In this document: one piece after another, positions 1 through 7,485 of the stretch
Layout: each line of letters opens with the position of its first letter
How positions within the stretch are numbered: position 1 is the stretch's first letter
Source: an uncultured Clostridia bacterium
GTDB taxonomy: Bacteria; Bacillota; Clostridia; Oscillospirales; Oscillospiraceae
Length of the DNA stretch: 64,000 nucleotides
Assembly (NCBI GenBank): GCA_947173485.1
Contig: CAMWFH010000004.1
Location: forward strand, 49,767-113,766
Direction: 5' to 3'
Made by a program: the position numbers and the translations under genes
The notes under the pieces: generated by a model
The model's input: the letters and a program-made list of their open reading frames with translations, nothing else
Told to the model about the DNA's origin: nothing
The model's database searches: none

Positions 1-1031
1 TCTTCGCCAGATGGTACTATGTCATCCAGATCGATGACGCCGCGGTCCAGCACTTCGGCGGGGACTACCTGTCCATCGTGGCCAGCCTGTCCACCGCCTG
101 CTTTGCCCAGGTCGTGCTGGAGCGGCTGCTCCAGTCCACAGGCCGCACCTTCTACAGCATGATCACCCAGAGCACCGGGGCCATCATCAACATCATCCTG
201 GACCCCATCATGATCTTCGGTTACTTCGGCTGCCCCCGGCTGGAGGCCGCCGGCGCGGCCTGGGCCACCGTGATCGGACAGGCCGTAGCGGCGCTGATGG
301 CCCTCTGGTTCAATCTGAAGAAGAACCCGGATATCCACCTGACCTTCCGGGGCTTCCGGCTGGAGGGCGAGGTGATCGGCCAGATCTTTACCATCGGCCT
401 GCCCTCCACCGTCATGAGCGCCATCGGCTCGGTGCTGACCTTCTTCATGAACCAGATCCTGATCGTGTTCACCAAGACCGCCTCCACCGTGTTCAGCACC
501 TACTTCAAGCTGCAGAGCTTCGCCTTCATGCCGATCTTCGGCCTGAACGGCGCTATCATCCCCATCATCGCCTACAACTACGGCGCCAAGAACCGCCGGC
601 GCATCGTGGCCACCGTCCGGCTGGGGATGGCCTTTGCCGTGAGCGTGATGCTGGTGGGGCTGGCGATCTTCCAGCTGCTCCCCGCCACGCTGCTGGGGAT
701 GTTCAACGCCTCGGAGGATATGCTGGCGATCGGCGTCCCGGCCCTGCGGATCATCAGCGTCTGCTTCCCCTTCGCTGGCTTCAGCATCATCGCCTCCTCC
801 GCCTTCCAGGCCCTGGGGCGCAGTATGCTCAGTCTCTGGATGTCCCTGATCCGCCAGCTGGTGGTCCTGCTGCCGGCCGCCTACCTACTCTCCCTCACCA
901 AGGTCTTAGACCTGGTCTGGCTGTCCTTCCCCATCGCGGAGTGCTTCAGCGTGGCGCTGTGCATCCTCTTCCTGCTGCGGATCTGGAAGCAGGTGGTCAG
1001 TCCCCTGCCCGACGGCGCGCCGGTGCGGTGA
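1..1031 (+). CDS. MATE family efflux transporter, C-terminal ~340 aa (5' end outside window)
   Basis: The frame of ORF 78..1031 stays open back to nt 3. The product is a polytopic hydrophobic protein with MATE-like segments (STGAIINIILDPIMIFG, AYNYGAKNRRR). A hairpin plus T-tract follows at 1057-1097. Confidence 0.85.
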   Translation, partial: FARWYYVIQIDDAAVQHFGGDYLSIVASLSTACFAQVVLERLLQSTGRTFYSMITQSTGAIINIILDPIMIFGYFGCPRLEAAGAAWATVIGQAVAALMALWFNLKKNPDIHLTFRGFRLEGEVIGQIFTIGLPSTVMSAIGSVLTFFMNQILIVFTKTASTVFSTYFKLQSFAFMPIFGLNGAIIPIIAYNYGAKNRRRIVATVRLGMAFAVSVMLVGLAIFQLLPATLLGMFNASEDMLAIGVPALRIISVCFPFAGFSIIASSAFQALGRSMLSLWMSLIRQLVVLLPAAYLLSLTKVLDLVWLSFPIAECFSVALCILFLLRIWKQVVSPLPDGAPVR

Positions 1032-1033
1032 GG
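997..1033. repeat. 37-bp direct repeat, copy 1 (last codons + stop of the MATE gene)
   Basis: tcagTcccctgcccgaCggCgcgccggtgcggtgagg matches 1929-1965 at 34/37 positions. The flanks of the two copies are unrelated. Confidence 0.85.
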
Positions 1034-1056
1034 CCCACTCCCCCAGACACGAACGG

Positions 1057-1097
1057 CCGCCCCCGGCGCGGTATGCGCCAGGGGCGGTCTTTAGTTT
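1057..1097 (+). terminator. Intrinsic terminator after the MATE gene (overlaps the stop of the convergent NYN gene)
   Basis: Stem ccgcccccggcgc / gcgccaggggcgg (13 bp, 1 mismatch), followed by tctttagttt. Confidence 0.6.
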
Positions 1098-1768
1098 GTT
1101 GTATACATCCTGTCTGTGTAAGTTTCTATACAGTCCACATGTTCGATCATCGTATGCTTAGGCTTCTGCTTCATAGGGTCAAGGACGAAATCAAGGCCAT
1201 TTTTCCGGGCCATCTTGATAGTAGGAAGAAAGTCGCTGTCGCCCGCGATCAAAACGATCTGGTCCACATGGTGGCCATAAGCTAAGGAGGCCACATCCAA
1301 TCCGACCCGCATATCAACGCCCTTCTGCTTCACATCAAGGCGGAAATCATCCTCTGTCAGTGTGCCTACTGTTTTCGTCCCAGCGATCAGCGCACCCAAT
1401 ACATGATCTTTCAATATGTATGCCGCCGTTGTTTCCGCCAGCTCCCCCATCCGCAGTGCCGTCCGGTATTTTTCTGATATGCTGCGGTAAAAATCATTTG
1501 ACCACCGCGTCCCCGGCAAGGCGGCATGATCGATCTCCACACCGGTAAGAGGGTGCTTGATCGACCGGGTCATCGGAGGACAGTCATAGTAGAAAATACG
1601 GTATAATTCCCGTGGTTCCTTTGGCTCACTGATATGCAGCATACAGTAACGGTACAGCTCGTCGGCACGGTCCTTTGCAGACCGTTTTCCCCACAGGTCG
1701 ATAGACCTGACGCGATAATAGCCCCCATCGACCAAAATAGCCGTCTTTTTCGTCCGCATGGAGATCAT
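1091..1768 (-). CDS. NYN (LabA/PIN-like) domain protein, predicted ribonuclease
   Basis: From ORF 1091..1843. The ATG at 1768 lies 7 nt after a GGGGG Shine-Dalgarno. Motifs AILVDGGYY and VLIAGDSDFLP fit the acidic NYN/PIN strands. Local GC is clearly lower than the flanks. Confidence 0.75.
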   Translation of the reverse strand: MISMRTKKTAILVDGGYYRVRSIDLWGKRSAKDRADELYRYCMLHISEPKEPRELYRIFYYDCPPMTRSIKHPLTGVEIDHAALPGTRWSNDFYRSISEKYRTALRMGELAETTAAYILKDHVLGALIAGTKTVGTLTEDDFRLDVKQKGVDMRVGLDVASLAYGHHVDQIVLIAGDSDFLPTIKMARKNGLDFVLDPMKQKPKHTMIEHVDCIETYTDRMYTTN

Positions 1769-1928
1769 ACATCTACCCCCAGAAAAAACCCTTGAGGTCA
1801 GCACATCCCGAAAGGTGGGAGGCCTTGCCCAAGGGTTGAACAAATACTGCTGCGAGCAACTCTCGTAGCATCTACTATAGTATGCGACTCACTCCATTTT
1901 GTCAACAGACATTTTTTGTCTTATATCC

Positions 1929-1965
1929 TCAGCCCCCTGCCCGATGGTGCGCCGGTGCGGTGAGG
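1929..1965. repeat. 37-bp direct repeat, copy 2 (non-coding duplicate of the MATE 3' end)
   Basis: tcagCcccctgcccgaTggTgcgccggtgcggtgagg. See 997-1033. Confidence 0.85.
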
Positions 1966-2022
1966 GACCAGCTTCGGGAAAGTCTTATAGAAACCTTAAG
2001 GATATCTTCTGATATTTCCAAC

Positions 2023-2051
2023 AAGATCCCTCTTGCATGACCGCCGCTGAC
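2023..2051 (+). promoter_or_regulatory. sigmaA-type promoter for the HD gene
   Basis: TTGCAT, 17-nt spacer, TATAAT. Confidence 0.55.
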
Positions 2052-2105
2052 GATATATAATAGGACACAGGATGAAAAGAGCCGTCCCGGCGGCACTTTT
2101 ACGAT

Positions 2106-2648
2106 ATGAAAGAACAGGAGGCGTTTCCGTTGGACCTGCGTTTTGATGAGATCACCGCTGATATCTTGGCACATCCCCTGTTCCAGGGCCTGAAGGAGCA
2201 TTGCCACCACGGGAAAGAGAACACCCTCTACGACCACTCTCTGAGCACCGCCTACTGCGCCTATCGCCTGGCGCTGCGGTTCCACCTGCCGGAGGACCGG
2301 GTCCGCGCCGTCACCCGGGCCGCCCTGCTCCACGACTTCTTCCTCTATGACTGGCGGAGCGAGGCTCACCGCCGCTTCGTGCAGCAGTACAAGGGCTGGC
2401 ACCGGATCGCCCGTATGCACGCTTTCACCCACGGCGCCCTGGCCGCCCGCCGGGCCAGCCGCCGCTTCGACCTGGACGACCGGCAGCGGGCCGCCATCAC
2501 CTGCCATATGTTCCCCCTGGCCCCTATGCCCAAGAGCGCGGAGGGCTGGATCTTGACCCTGGCGGACAAGATGGTGGCCTCCCGTGAGGTCTCCGCCTCC
2601 ATGATGTGCAAGGTACGCCGGCTCTACCCCAGGCACAGCGTCGCATGA
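2106..2648 (+). CDS. HD domain phosphohydrolase
   Basis: 180 aa. H...HD signature (LYDHSLSTAY...AALLHDFFLYD) and later HMFP. High GC, with its own promoter and terminator. Confidence 0.75.
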   Translation: MKEQEAFPLDLRFDEITADILAHPLFQGLKEHCHHGKENTLYDHSLSTAYCAYRLALRFHLPEDRVRAVTRAALLHDFFLYDWRSEAHRRFVQQYKGWHRIARMHAFTHGALAARRASRRFDLDDRQRAAITCHMFPLAPMPKSAEGWILTLADKMVASREVSASMMCKVRRLYPRHSVA

Positions 2649-2656
2649 GCTTTCAA

Positions 2657-2690
2657 AAGCGCGTTTCCCCCCAGGGAGACGCGCTTTTTG
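2657..2690 (+). terminator. Intrinsic terminator after the HD gene
   Basis: Stem aagcgcgtttcc / ggagacgcgctt followed by ttttg. Confidence 0.7.
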
Positions 2691-2774
2691 CATAGATGCT
2701 TTATGCTGATAAAGGGCAGCAAGATCTGGGTCAAAAGATCGTACAAAATGCAGTCTGTTTTTTTAACAGAAATT

Positions 2775-2806
2775 TGGTATACTAAGGATAAGAGATCGTG
2801 TCTTAT
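2775..2806 (+). promoter_or_regulatory. Extended -10 promoter (TGgTATACT) plus downstream inverted repeat ATAAGA-N7-TCTTAT, a candidate autoregulatory operator
   Basis: TGgTATACT at 2775-2783. The inverted repeat is at 2788-2793 / 2801-2806, immediately upstream of the small ORF's Shine-Dalgarno (GGGGGG). Confidence 0.4.
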
Positions 2807-2825
2807 AGGAATGGGGGGATATATC

Positions 2826-3002
2826 ATGGCAACGAAGAGCATCCTAAAGACCATCCATATCAGATCTCCCAAAAGCGCCAAAAGGCTGGTGTCCGCTTTG
2901 GAAAACGCCGCTGGTAAAGCCTCCGCAGAGGTGCATCTGCGGCAAGCGGTCTCCGATGCCAGCCGAAGTGACATCCGAAAAATGTTTGGCGGCGAAAAAT
3001 GA
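2826..3002 (+). CDS. Small protein (58 aa), putative antitoxin partner of the downstream GNAT
   Basis: The ATG at 2826 is preceded by GGAATGGGGGGA. Its stop overlaps the next start (ATGA at 2999-3002). I see no recognisable DUF1778/RHH signature. Confidence 0.5.
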   Translation: MATKSILKTIHIRSPKSAKRLVSALENAAGKASAEVHLRQAVSDASRSDIRKMFGGEK

Positions 3003-3607
3003 CGGGATATAAGCTCATAAATTTGAAACTGATGGTGGAGGAGGTCGGAGAGGACACCGCGAAAGCCGTTCTCTCCACTTTTTCCTGTCCATTGAATGGG
3101 GACGTTGAGAGCTTTCTCCGTTTGAAAGCGATCGATTTTGCAAAACAGGGCCTGTCCCAGACCCACTTGGTCATAGCGCCGTATAAGCAGCAGCCTGTCC
3201 TTGTTGGATATTTTACCTTAGCCAATAAATATATCACAGTATCCGCTAAAAATATGAGCAATACGCAGAGAAAGCGGTTAGCAAAATTCTCGATCTTCAA
3301 CAACGCCCTCCGTGCCTACTGTCTATCCGCACCATTGATCGCACAGCTTGGGAAAAATTACGCGAATGGATATGATGTGCTGATCTCTGGCGATGAGCTG
3401 CTTTATCTAGCCTGCCGCAAAATATCTGCCGTACAGTTGGACCTGGGAGGGCGGTTCGCTTATCTGGAATGTGAGGACAAGCCCCGGCTGATCGAGTTCT
3501 ATACTAGGAACGGTTTCTGCGCATTTGACACACGCCGTTTGGATGGAGACGAGACTGGCATAGACGGCAGCTATCTAGTACAGATGTTGAAGTACATACA
3601 GTCTTGA
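2999..3607 (+). CDS. GNAT family N-acetyltransferase resembling TacT/AtaT-type toxins
   Basis: 202 aa. The pattern FLRLKAIDFAKQGLSQTHLV...VGYFTLA...APLIAQLG...IEFYTRNGF parallels the layout I remember for TacT-like GNAT toxins. Low-GC patch with a 4-bp overlap to the upstream small ORF. Confidence 0.7.
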   Translation: MTGYKLINLKLMVEEVGEDTAKAVLSTFSCPLNGDVESFLRLKAIDFAKQGLSQTHLVIAPYKQQPVLVGYFTLANKYITVSAKNMSNTQRKRLAKFSIFNNALRAYCLSAPLIAQLGKNYANGYDVLISGDELLYLACRKISAVQLDLGGRFAYLECEDKPRLIEFYTRNGFCAFDTRRLDGDETGIDGSYLVQMLKYIQS

Positions 3608-3611
3608 CGGA

Positions 3612-3649
3612 CCGCCTTCGATATCACAGGTACCGAAGGCGGCTTTTTA
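3612..3649 (+). terminator. Intrinsic terminator after the GNAT gene
   Basis: Stem ccgccttcg / cgaaggcgg followed by cttttta. Confidence 0.75.
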
Positions 3650-3816
3650 TGATCGTTTGGAAAACGTTGAACGGATAGCCGCTGCCGCCTCGAAAAGCAC
3701 CTGATCTTGGCAGACGGCAGGGATGTAAACCACCGGTTAGCAGAAAAATAAGCGGCAGATGGTGGCCCGGACCGGGGCAGGCTGGTATGATAGGGGCACA
3801 AAAGGAGGTCGGTATC

Positions 3817-5136
3817 ATGACGACAGGACAGCGCATCGCTGCCAAACGTAAGGAGCTGGGACTGTCCCAGGAGGCCCTGGGAGAGCAGCTGGGGGTCTCC
3901 CGGCAGTCCATCTATAAATGGGAGAGCGATACCTCGCTGCCGGAGGTGGAAAAGCTGGTGGCTTTGAGCCGGCTCTTCCATGTGCCGGTGGGCTGGCTCC
4001 TGGGCGTGGAGGAGGAGAGCGGGGAACTGGGCGAGGGGCAGATACAGGTGATGGAGGAGCTGCTGCGCCGCTGCCAGGCCGAGGCGGAGGCGCGGCAGCG
4101 GGACCGGCTGGAGGAGCAGGTAGAGGCCCTGGTCACCGCCCGGCTGGCGGAGGCCGCGCCACCCAAAAAGCGCTGGTGGGAGCGGCGGAGCCGGATGGGG
4201 CTCTATGTGGTGGCAGCGCTGGTGGTGTATCTCTGCGTGTCCAGGATGTTCCAGCGGCTGGACGACTTGCAGCTGCGCTGTGACGGCCTGTCCAACTCCC
4301 TGGGCGAGGTCACCTACAGCGTGGACCGGCAGATCGGCGCTATCACCGGCCGGGTGGAGAGCATCCTAAAGAGCCAGAACAGCCTGACCGCCGACTACAG
4401 CGCGGAGCTGGTCTCCCTGGACCCGGCGGCCAACACAGCCACCTTCTCCCTCCGGGTGGTGCCCAAGACCTATACATCGGACCTGCTGGTCTACTTCCAG
4501 GCGGACAGCGGCGGTGCCCCGGTGGAGATCCCCGTAACGGAGGACGCCGAACGGACCTACGCCCAGGAGATCACCTGCCCCCTCAGCGACAGCATCACCC
4601 TCTCCGCGGTGTTCGTCACTGGGGAGATCAGCCAGATCCAGCTACTGGAGAGCTACACCGGTCTTTACAGCGCCACGCTGCCCAGGGCCAACATCGACCT
4701 CAGTCTCCGTCTCCACTGGCAGGACTCCCTGCCGGAGGACCCGCTGACCTTCCACTGGGACACCCTATATGTCACCACCCAGCCTAACACCAACACGGAG
4801 TCCCTCTATGGCCGCGTAGTGATCCAACCGGCGGAGAAGGCGGAGATGAAGATCGGTCTGTTCGTGAACCAAGAGCTGGTGGAGTGGTTCACCCCCTGTG
4901 AGAAACCGAAGAACTTCGACGGCTTCAGCGGGCAGGCATTCTATATGATCTCGGACCTGACGCTGCATCTACAGGAGGGGGATGTGATCACCCTTGCCGC
5001 CTGGATGAAGGATGTCTACGGCAGGACCTTCGTACAGCCCGGCATCCCGGACGTGACGCCCATCGACGGGACTCTGGAATACGTCCAGTGCAGCAGCTAC
5101 GGGATGTCGGAGGACCCGGCGGACTGGGGCCTGTGA
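3817..5136 (+). CDS. Membrane-anchored XRE-family HTH regulator with a large extracytoplasmic domain
   Basis: The ATG at 3817 follows AAGGAGG. N-terminal Cro/C1 HTH (GQRIAAKRKELGLSQEALGEQLGVSRQSIYKWE), a coiled-coil, one TM segment (LYVVAALVVYLCV) and a ~290-aa C-terminal domain with no family I recognise. Confidence 0.75.
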   Translation: MTTGQRIAAKRKELGLSQEALGEQLGVSRQSIYKWESDTSLPEVEKLVALSRLFHVPVGWLLGVEEESGELGEGQIQVMEELLRRCQAEAEARQRDRLEEQVEALVTARLAEAAPPKKRWWERRSRMGLYVVAALVVYLCVSRMFQRLDDLQLRCDGLSNSLGEVTYSVDRQIGAITGRVESILKSQNSLTADYSAELVSLDPAANTATFSLRVVPKTYTSDLLVYFQADSGGAPVEIPVTEDAERTYAQEITCPLSDSITLSAVFVTGEISQIQLLESYTGLYSATLPRANIDLSLRLHWQDSLPEDPLTFHWDTLYVTTQPNTNTESLYGRVVIQPAEKAEMKIGLFVNQELVEWFTPCEKPKNFDGFSGQAFYMISDLTLHLQEGDVITLAAWMKDVYGRTFVQPGIPDVTPIDGTLEYVQCSSYGMSEDPADWGL

Positions 5137-5141
5137 GCGAA

Positions 5142-5168
5142 CTGCCCGGAGGGGGACCCTCCGGGCAG
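5142..5168. terminator. Hairpin between convergent genes (12-bp perfect stem, no T-tract)
   Basis: ctgcccggaggg-gga-ccctccgggcag, lying between the stop codons at 5136 and 5171. Confidence 0.45.
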
Positions 5169-5170
5169 TC

Positions 5171-6253
5171 CTATCTCTCCGCCAGTGTCCGCAGCAGCTG
5201 GACGTTCCCCTGCAAGCGGCTGTCCTCTGGCTCCAGGGCCACCGCCCGCTCCGCCGCCGCCAGGGCCTCCCGGACCCGCCCGGTCCGGTGGAGGGCGATG
5301 GCCCGCAGGTCATAGGGCCGGCTGCCCCAGCTCTCCGCCTCGGAGATGTAGCTCTGGGGCCGCTGGGCGATCGTCAGGGCACAGTTGGTGAAGTAGAGGA
5401 CCCCGTCCCAGTCCTCCTCCTCGTAAAGGAGCCCGGCCAGGTCCATATAGGGCTCCCGGAGGTAGGGGGCCTGGGCGATAGCCTGGAGGTACCAGTCCCT
5501 GGCGGCCTGCCGGTCCCCCTTCTGGGTATAGGCCCGGGCGATATACCGCATGGAGGCGCACCGCTCATCGGCCCAAGTGGCAGAGGGCATGGCCAGGTGA
5601 TGGCGGAGAGTACGGATACAGTCGTCCCAGCGGCCATAGTACAGGTACTCCCGGCCCAGATAGTGGACGTTCCGGTCGTCCGCCGGGTCCTCCTTTACGG
5701 ACAGCTCCAGCAGCGGCAGGTACTGCCCTCGGGACTTCATCGGGTCCGGGTGGTGGTCCAGCTGGACCCCCTCCGCCGTCACCGCCGGTCCCGGCGCGCC
5801 CTCCCCGGTCCAGCGCAGGACCTCATGGACCGGGTGGACCCACCGCCAGCCAAAGCGGCTGTGGATCTTCTCCGGCCAGAACACCAGCCCCTCCCCGCCG
5901 TCCGGGCGGAAGCTCCAGGTGTAGCGGTACCGGGCCTGCTTGGTGTCTGGGCCCCAGGCCCGCTCCAGGGCGGCGCGCCAGCCGGGGCGGAACACCTCGT
6001 CCAGGTCCGTGCAGACGCAGATGTCCGCATCCTCCGGCACCAGGTCCAGGGAGCGGTCCCGGGCGGTGTCGAACCGCCAGGGGGCGATGGGCTTCTCCGT
6101 CACCTGGGCTCCCCGTGCCCGGAGGAGGGCGGGGGTGGCGTCGGCGGAACCGGTGTCCAGCACCACGACCTGGTCCGCCTCGGACATGGAGTCCATCCAC
6201 CGGTCTGCGAACTGCTCCTCATTTTTGCAGATAGCATAGACCACGATCTTCAT
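5171..6253 (-). CDS. Family 2 glycosyltransferase fused to C-terminal TPR repeats
   Basis: The ATG at 6253 follows GGGAGG. N-terminus is MKIVVYAICKNEEQ...VVLDTGSADAT...CTDLDE (GT-A fold with a DxD-like motif). The C-terminal half has TPR-like repeats (YYGRWDDCIRTLRHHLAM, ARAYTQKGDRQAARDWYLQAI). Confidence 0.75.
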   Translation of the reverse strand: MKIVVYAICKNEEQFADRWMDSMSEADQVVVLDTGSADATPALLRARGAQVTEKPIAPWRFDTARDRSLDLVPEDADICVCTDLDEVFRPGWRAALERAWGPDTKQARYRYTWSFRPDGGEGLVFWPEKIHSRFGWRWVHPVHEVLRWTGEGAPGPAVTAEGVQLDHHPDPMKSRGQYLPLLELSVKEDPADDRNVHYLGREYLYYGRWDDCIRTLRHHLAMPSATWADERCASMRYIARAYTQKGDRQAARDWYLQAIAQAPYLREPYMDLAGLLYEEEDWDGVLYFTNCALTIAQRPQSYISEAESWGSRPYDLRAIALHRTGRVREALAAAERAVALEPEDSRLQGNVQLLRTLAER

Positions 6254-6270
6254 AAAAGACCTCCCAACGA

Positions 6271-6304
6271 ACAGGGGGACGGCGGTCATCCGCCGTCCCC
6301 CTGT
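6271..6304 (-). terminator. 15-bp perfect hairpin directly after the collagen-like gene
   Basis: acagggggacggcgg-tcat-ccgccgtccccctgt. The T-tract is weak on the minus strand. Confidence 0.5.
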
Positions 6305-6321
6305 CTTTTGCTCACATAGGA

Positions 6322-7326
6322 TCAGGTAGCCAGGAACCCGGCGGCCCGGAGACTATCCAACAGGTCATCCACGGCCTGCACCACCTCTGTAAGGTTGGCG
6401 TTAGGCGCGATATCGGCGACTGCCGCCGCCGGTGTGATCGTCGCGGCAGGACCGGTGGGACCAGTAGGACCGATAGGACCAGCGGCACCAGCAGCGCCCG
6501 CGGCACCTGTCGCACCGGCAGGACCTACGGGACCGGCAGGGCCAGTGGGACCAGTCGGGCCGATAGGACCGGCAGGACCAGCAGCACCAGCCGCGCCAGC
6601 AGGGCCTACGGGGCCGGTGGGACCGATAGGACCAGCAGGGCCAGCGGCTCCGGTCGCACCTGTTGCGCCAGTAGCGCCAACAGGGCCCGTGGGACCGGTG
6701 GGACCGATAGGACCGGCGGCACCGGTCGCACCCGTCGCGCCAGTAGCACCAACGGGACCCGTGGGGCCGGTAGGACCAACAGGACCGGCAGGACCAGCGG
6801 CTCCGGTCGCACCTGTCGCGCCGGTAGCACCAACAGGACCCGTGGGGCCGGTAGGACCAATGGGGCCAGCAGGGCCAGCGGCACCGGTAGCACCAGTCGC
6901 ACCAGTCGCGCCAACGGGGCCCGTGGGGCCGGTAGGACCGATAGGACCAGCAGGACCAGCGGCACCGGTCGCCCCTGTTGCGCCAACAGGACCTACAGGG
7001 CCGGTAGGACCAATAGGACCAGCAGGACCGGGCGCACCGGTCGCCCCTGTGGCGCCGGTAGCACCAGTGGCGCCTGTCGCGCCGGCAGGGCCTACGGGGC
7101 CGGTGGGCCCCATCGGACCAACGGGACCGGGCGCGCCGGTAGCACCGGTGGCCCCGGTAGCACCTGTCGCGCCGGCAGGACCTACAGGGCCAGCCGGGCC
7201 GATCGGACCAGGCATACCGGCAGGACCCATCGGGCCGGGCAGGCCGCGGGGGCCTCTGGGTCCGGGGACACAGCAGCAGCAGGGCTCACCGCCGCAGCAG
7301 CAGGAGGAGGAATCATTGCAGATCAT
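6322..7326 (-). CDS. Collagen-like (Gly-X-Y) triple-helix repeat protein, BclA-like spore/surface protein
   Basis: The ATG at 7326 follows AGGGAGG. N-terminus is [21 protein letters not shown], followed by ~90 uninterrupted G-X-Y triplets rich in GPT/GAT, then a 41-aa non-collagen tail. Confidence 0.85.
   Translation of the reverse strand: MICNDSSSCCCGGEPCCCCVPGPRGPRGLPGPMGPAGMPGPIGPAGPVGPAGATGATGATGATGAPGPVGPMGPTGPVGPAGATGATGATGATGATGAPGPAGPIGPTGPVGPVGATGATGAAGPAGPIGPTGPTGPVGATGATGATGAAGPAGPIGPTGPTGPVGATGATGATGAAGPAGPVGPTGPTGPVGATGATGATGAAGPIGPTGPTGPVGATGATGATGAAGPAGPIGPTGPVGPAGAAGAAGPAGPIGPTGPTGPAGPVGPAGATGAAGAAGAAGPIGPTGPTGPAATITPAAAVADIAPNANLTEVVQAVDDLLDSLRAAGFLAT
6620..7006. repeat. Tandem 81-bp (some 72-bp) repeats inside the collagen-like gene, ~5 units
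   Basis: Units start near 6620, 6701, 6773, 6854 and 6935. Each encodes [27 protein letters not shown] or a variant shortened by one 9-nt block. Confidence 0.8.
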
Positions 7327-7375
7327 AGTAGACCTCCCTGAATCGTAAAGTGGAGACGGCAGAGACCGTCTGCCA

Positions 7376-7406
7376 TATCCTATGCGCCGCCCCTCCGATC
7401 GGTCAC
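7376..7406 (-). promoter_or_regulatory. Candidate sigmaK-type (late mother-cell) promoter for the collagen-like gene
   Basis: The minus strand reads gtgACc, 17 nt, CATAggaTA. This fits the AC-N16/17-CATAnnnTA consensus as I remember it. Confidence 0.35.
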
Positions 7407-7426
7407 CGCCCTGCCCTATAAAAGCA

Positions 7427-7474
7427 GTCCCCATGTCCTCCCGCCGCCGGGAGGATATGGGGACCGCTCTCTTT
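7427..7474 (-). terminator. Intrinsic terminator after the large NYN gene
   Basis: Stem gtccccatgtcctcccg / cgggaggatatggggac. The minus strand continues tgcttttat. Confidence 0.75.
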
Positions 7475-7485
7475 GACCGCCGCCG

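Noticed and set aside
5288-6319. 343-aa plus-strand ORF antisense to the glycosyltransferase gene. Similar long antisense ORFs include 7552-9045, 9393-10727, 10779-11801, 15413-16951, 18347-19546, 23111-24508, 24213-25739, 34202-35524, 35698-37044, 39150-40424, 41827-42957, 43164-44483, 44665-46446, 52912-54639, 55536-56630, 56882-57907, 58633-60072, 60540-61829 and 62154-63440.
   Set aside because: Their composition is typical of a high-GC shadow frame (very rich in G, P, R, A, H, Q, with runs such as GGDG/HRHR). They have no Shine-Dalgarno and no recognisable domains. Each fully overlaps a gene on the other strand that has clear family motifs.
6440-7265. Regular short-period repeats that could be mistaken for a CRISPR array or satellite.
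   Set aside because: The period is 9/81 bp with no unique spacers, and the repeats lie entirely within a coding frame with collagen periodicity. This is not a CRISPR array.
6395-7348. 317-aa plus-strand ORF of PVAP/GPVGP repeats opposite the collagen-like gene.
   Set aside because: It is the mirror image of the G-X-Y repeat. The minus-strand frame has the Shine-Dalgarno, the start and a perfect Gly-every-third-residue pattern. The plus-strand frame is a by-product of the repeat.
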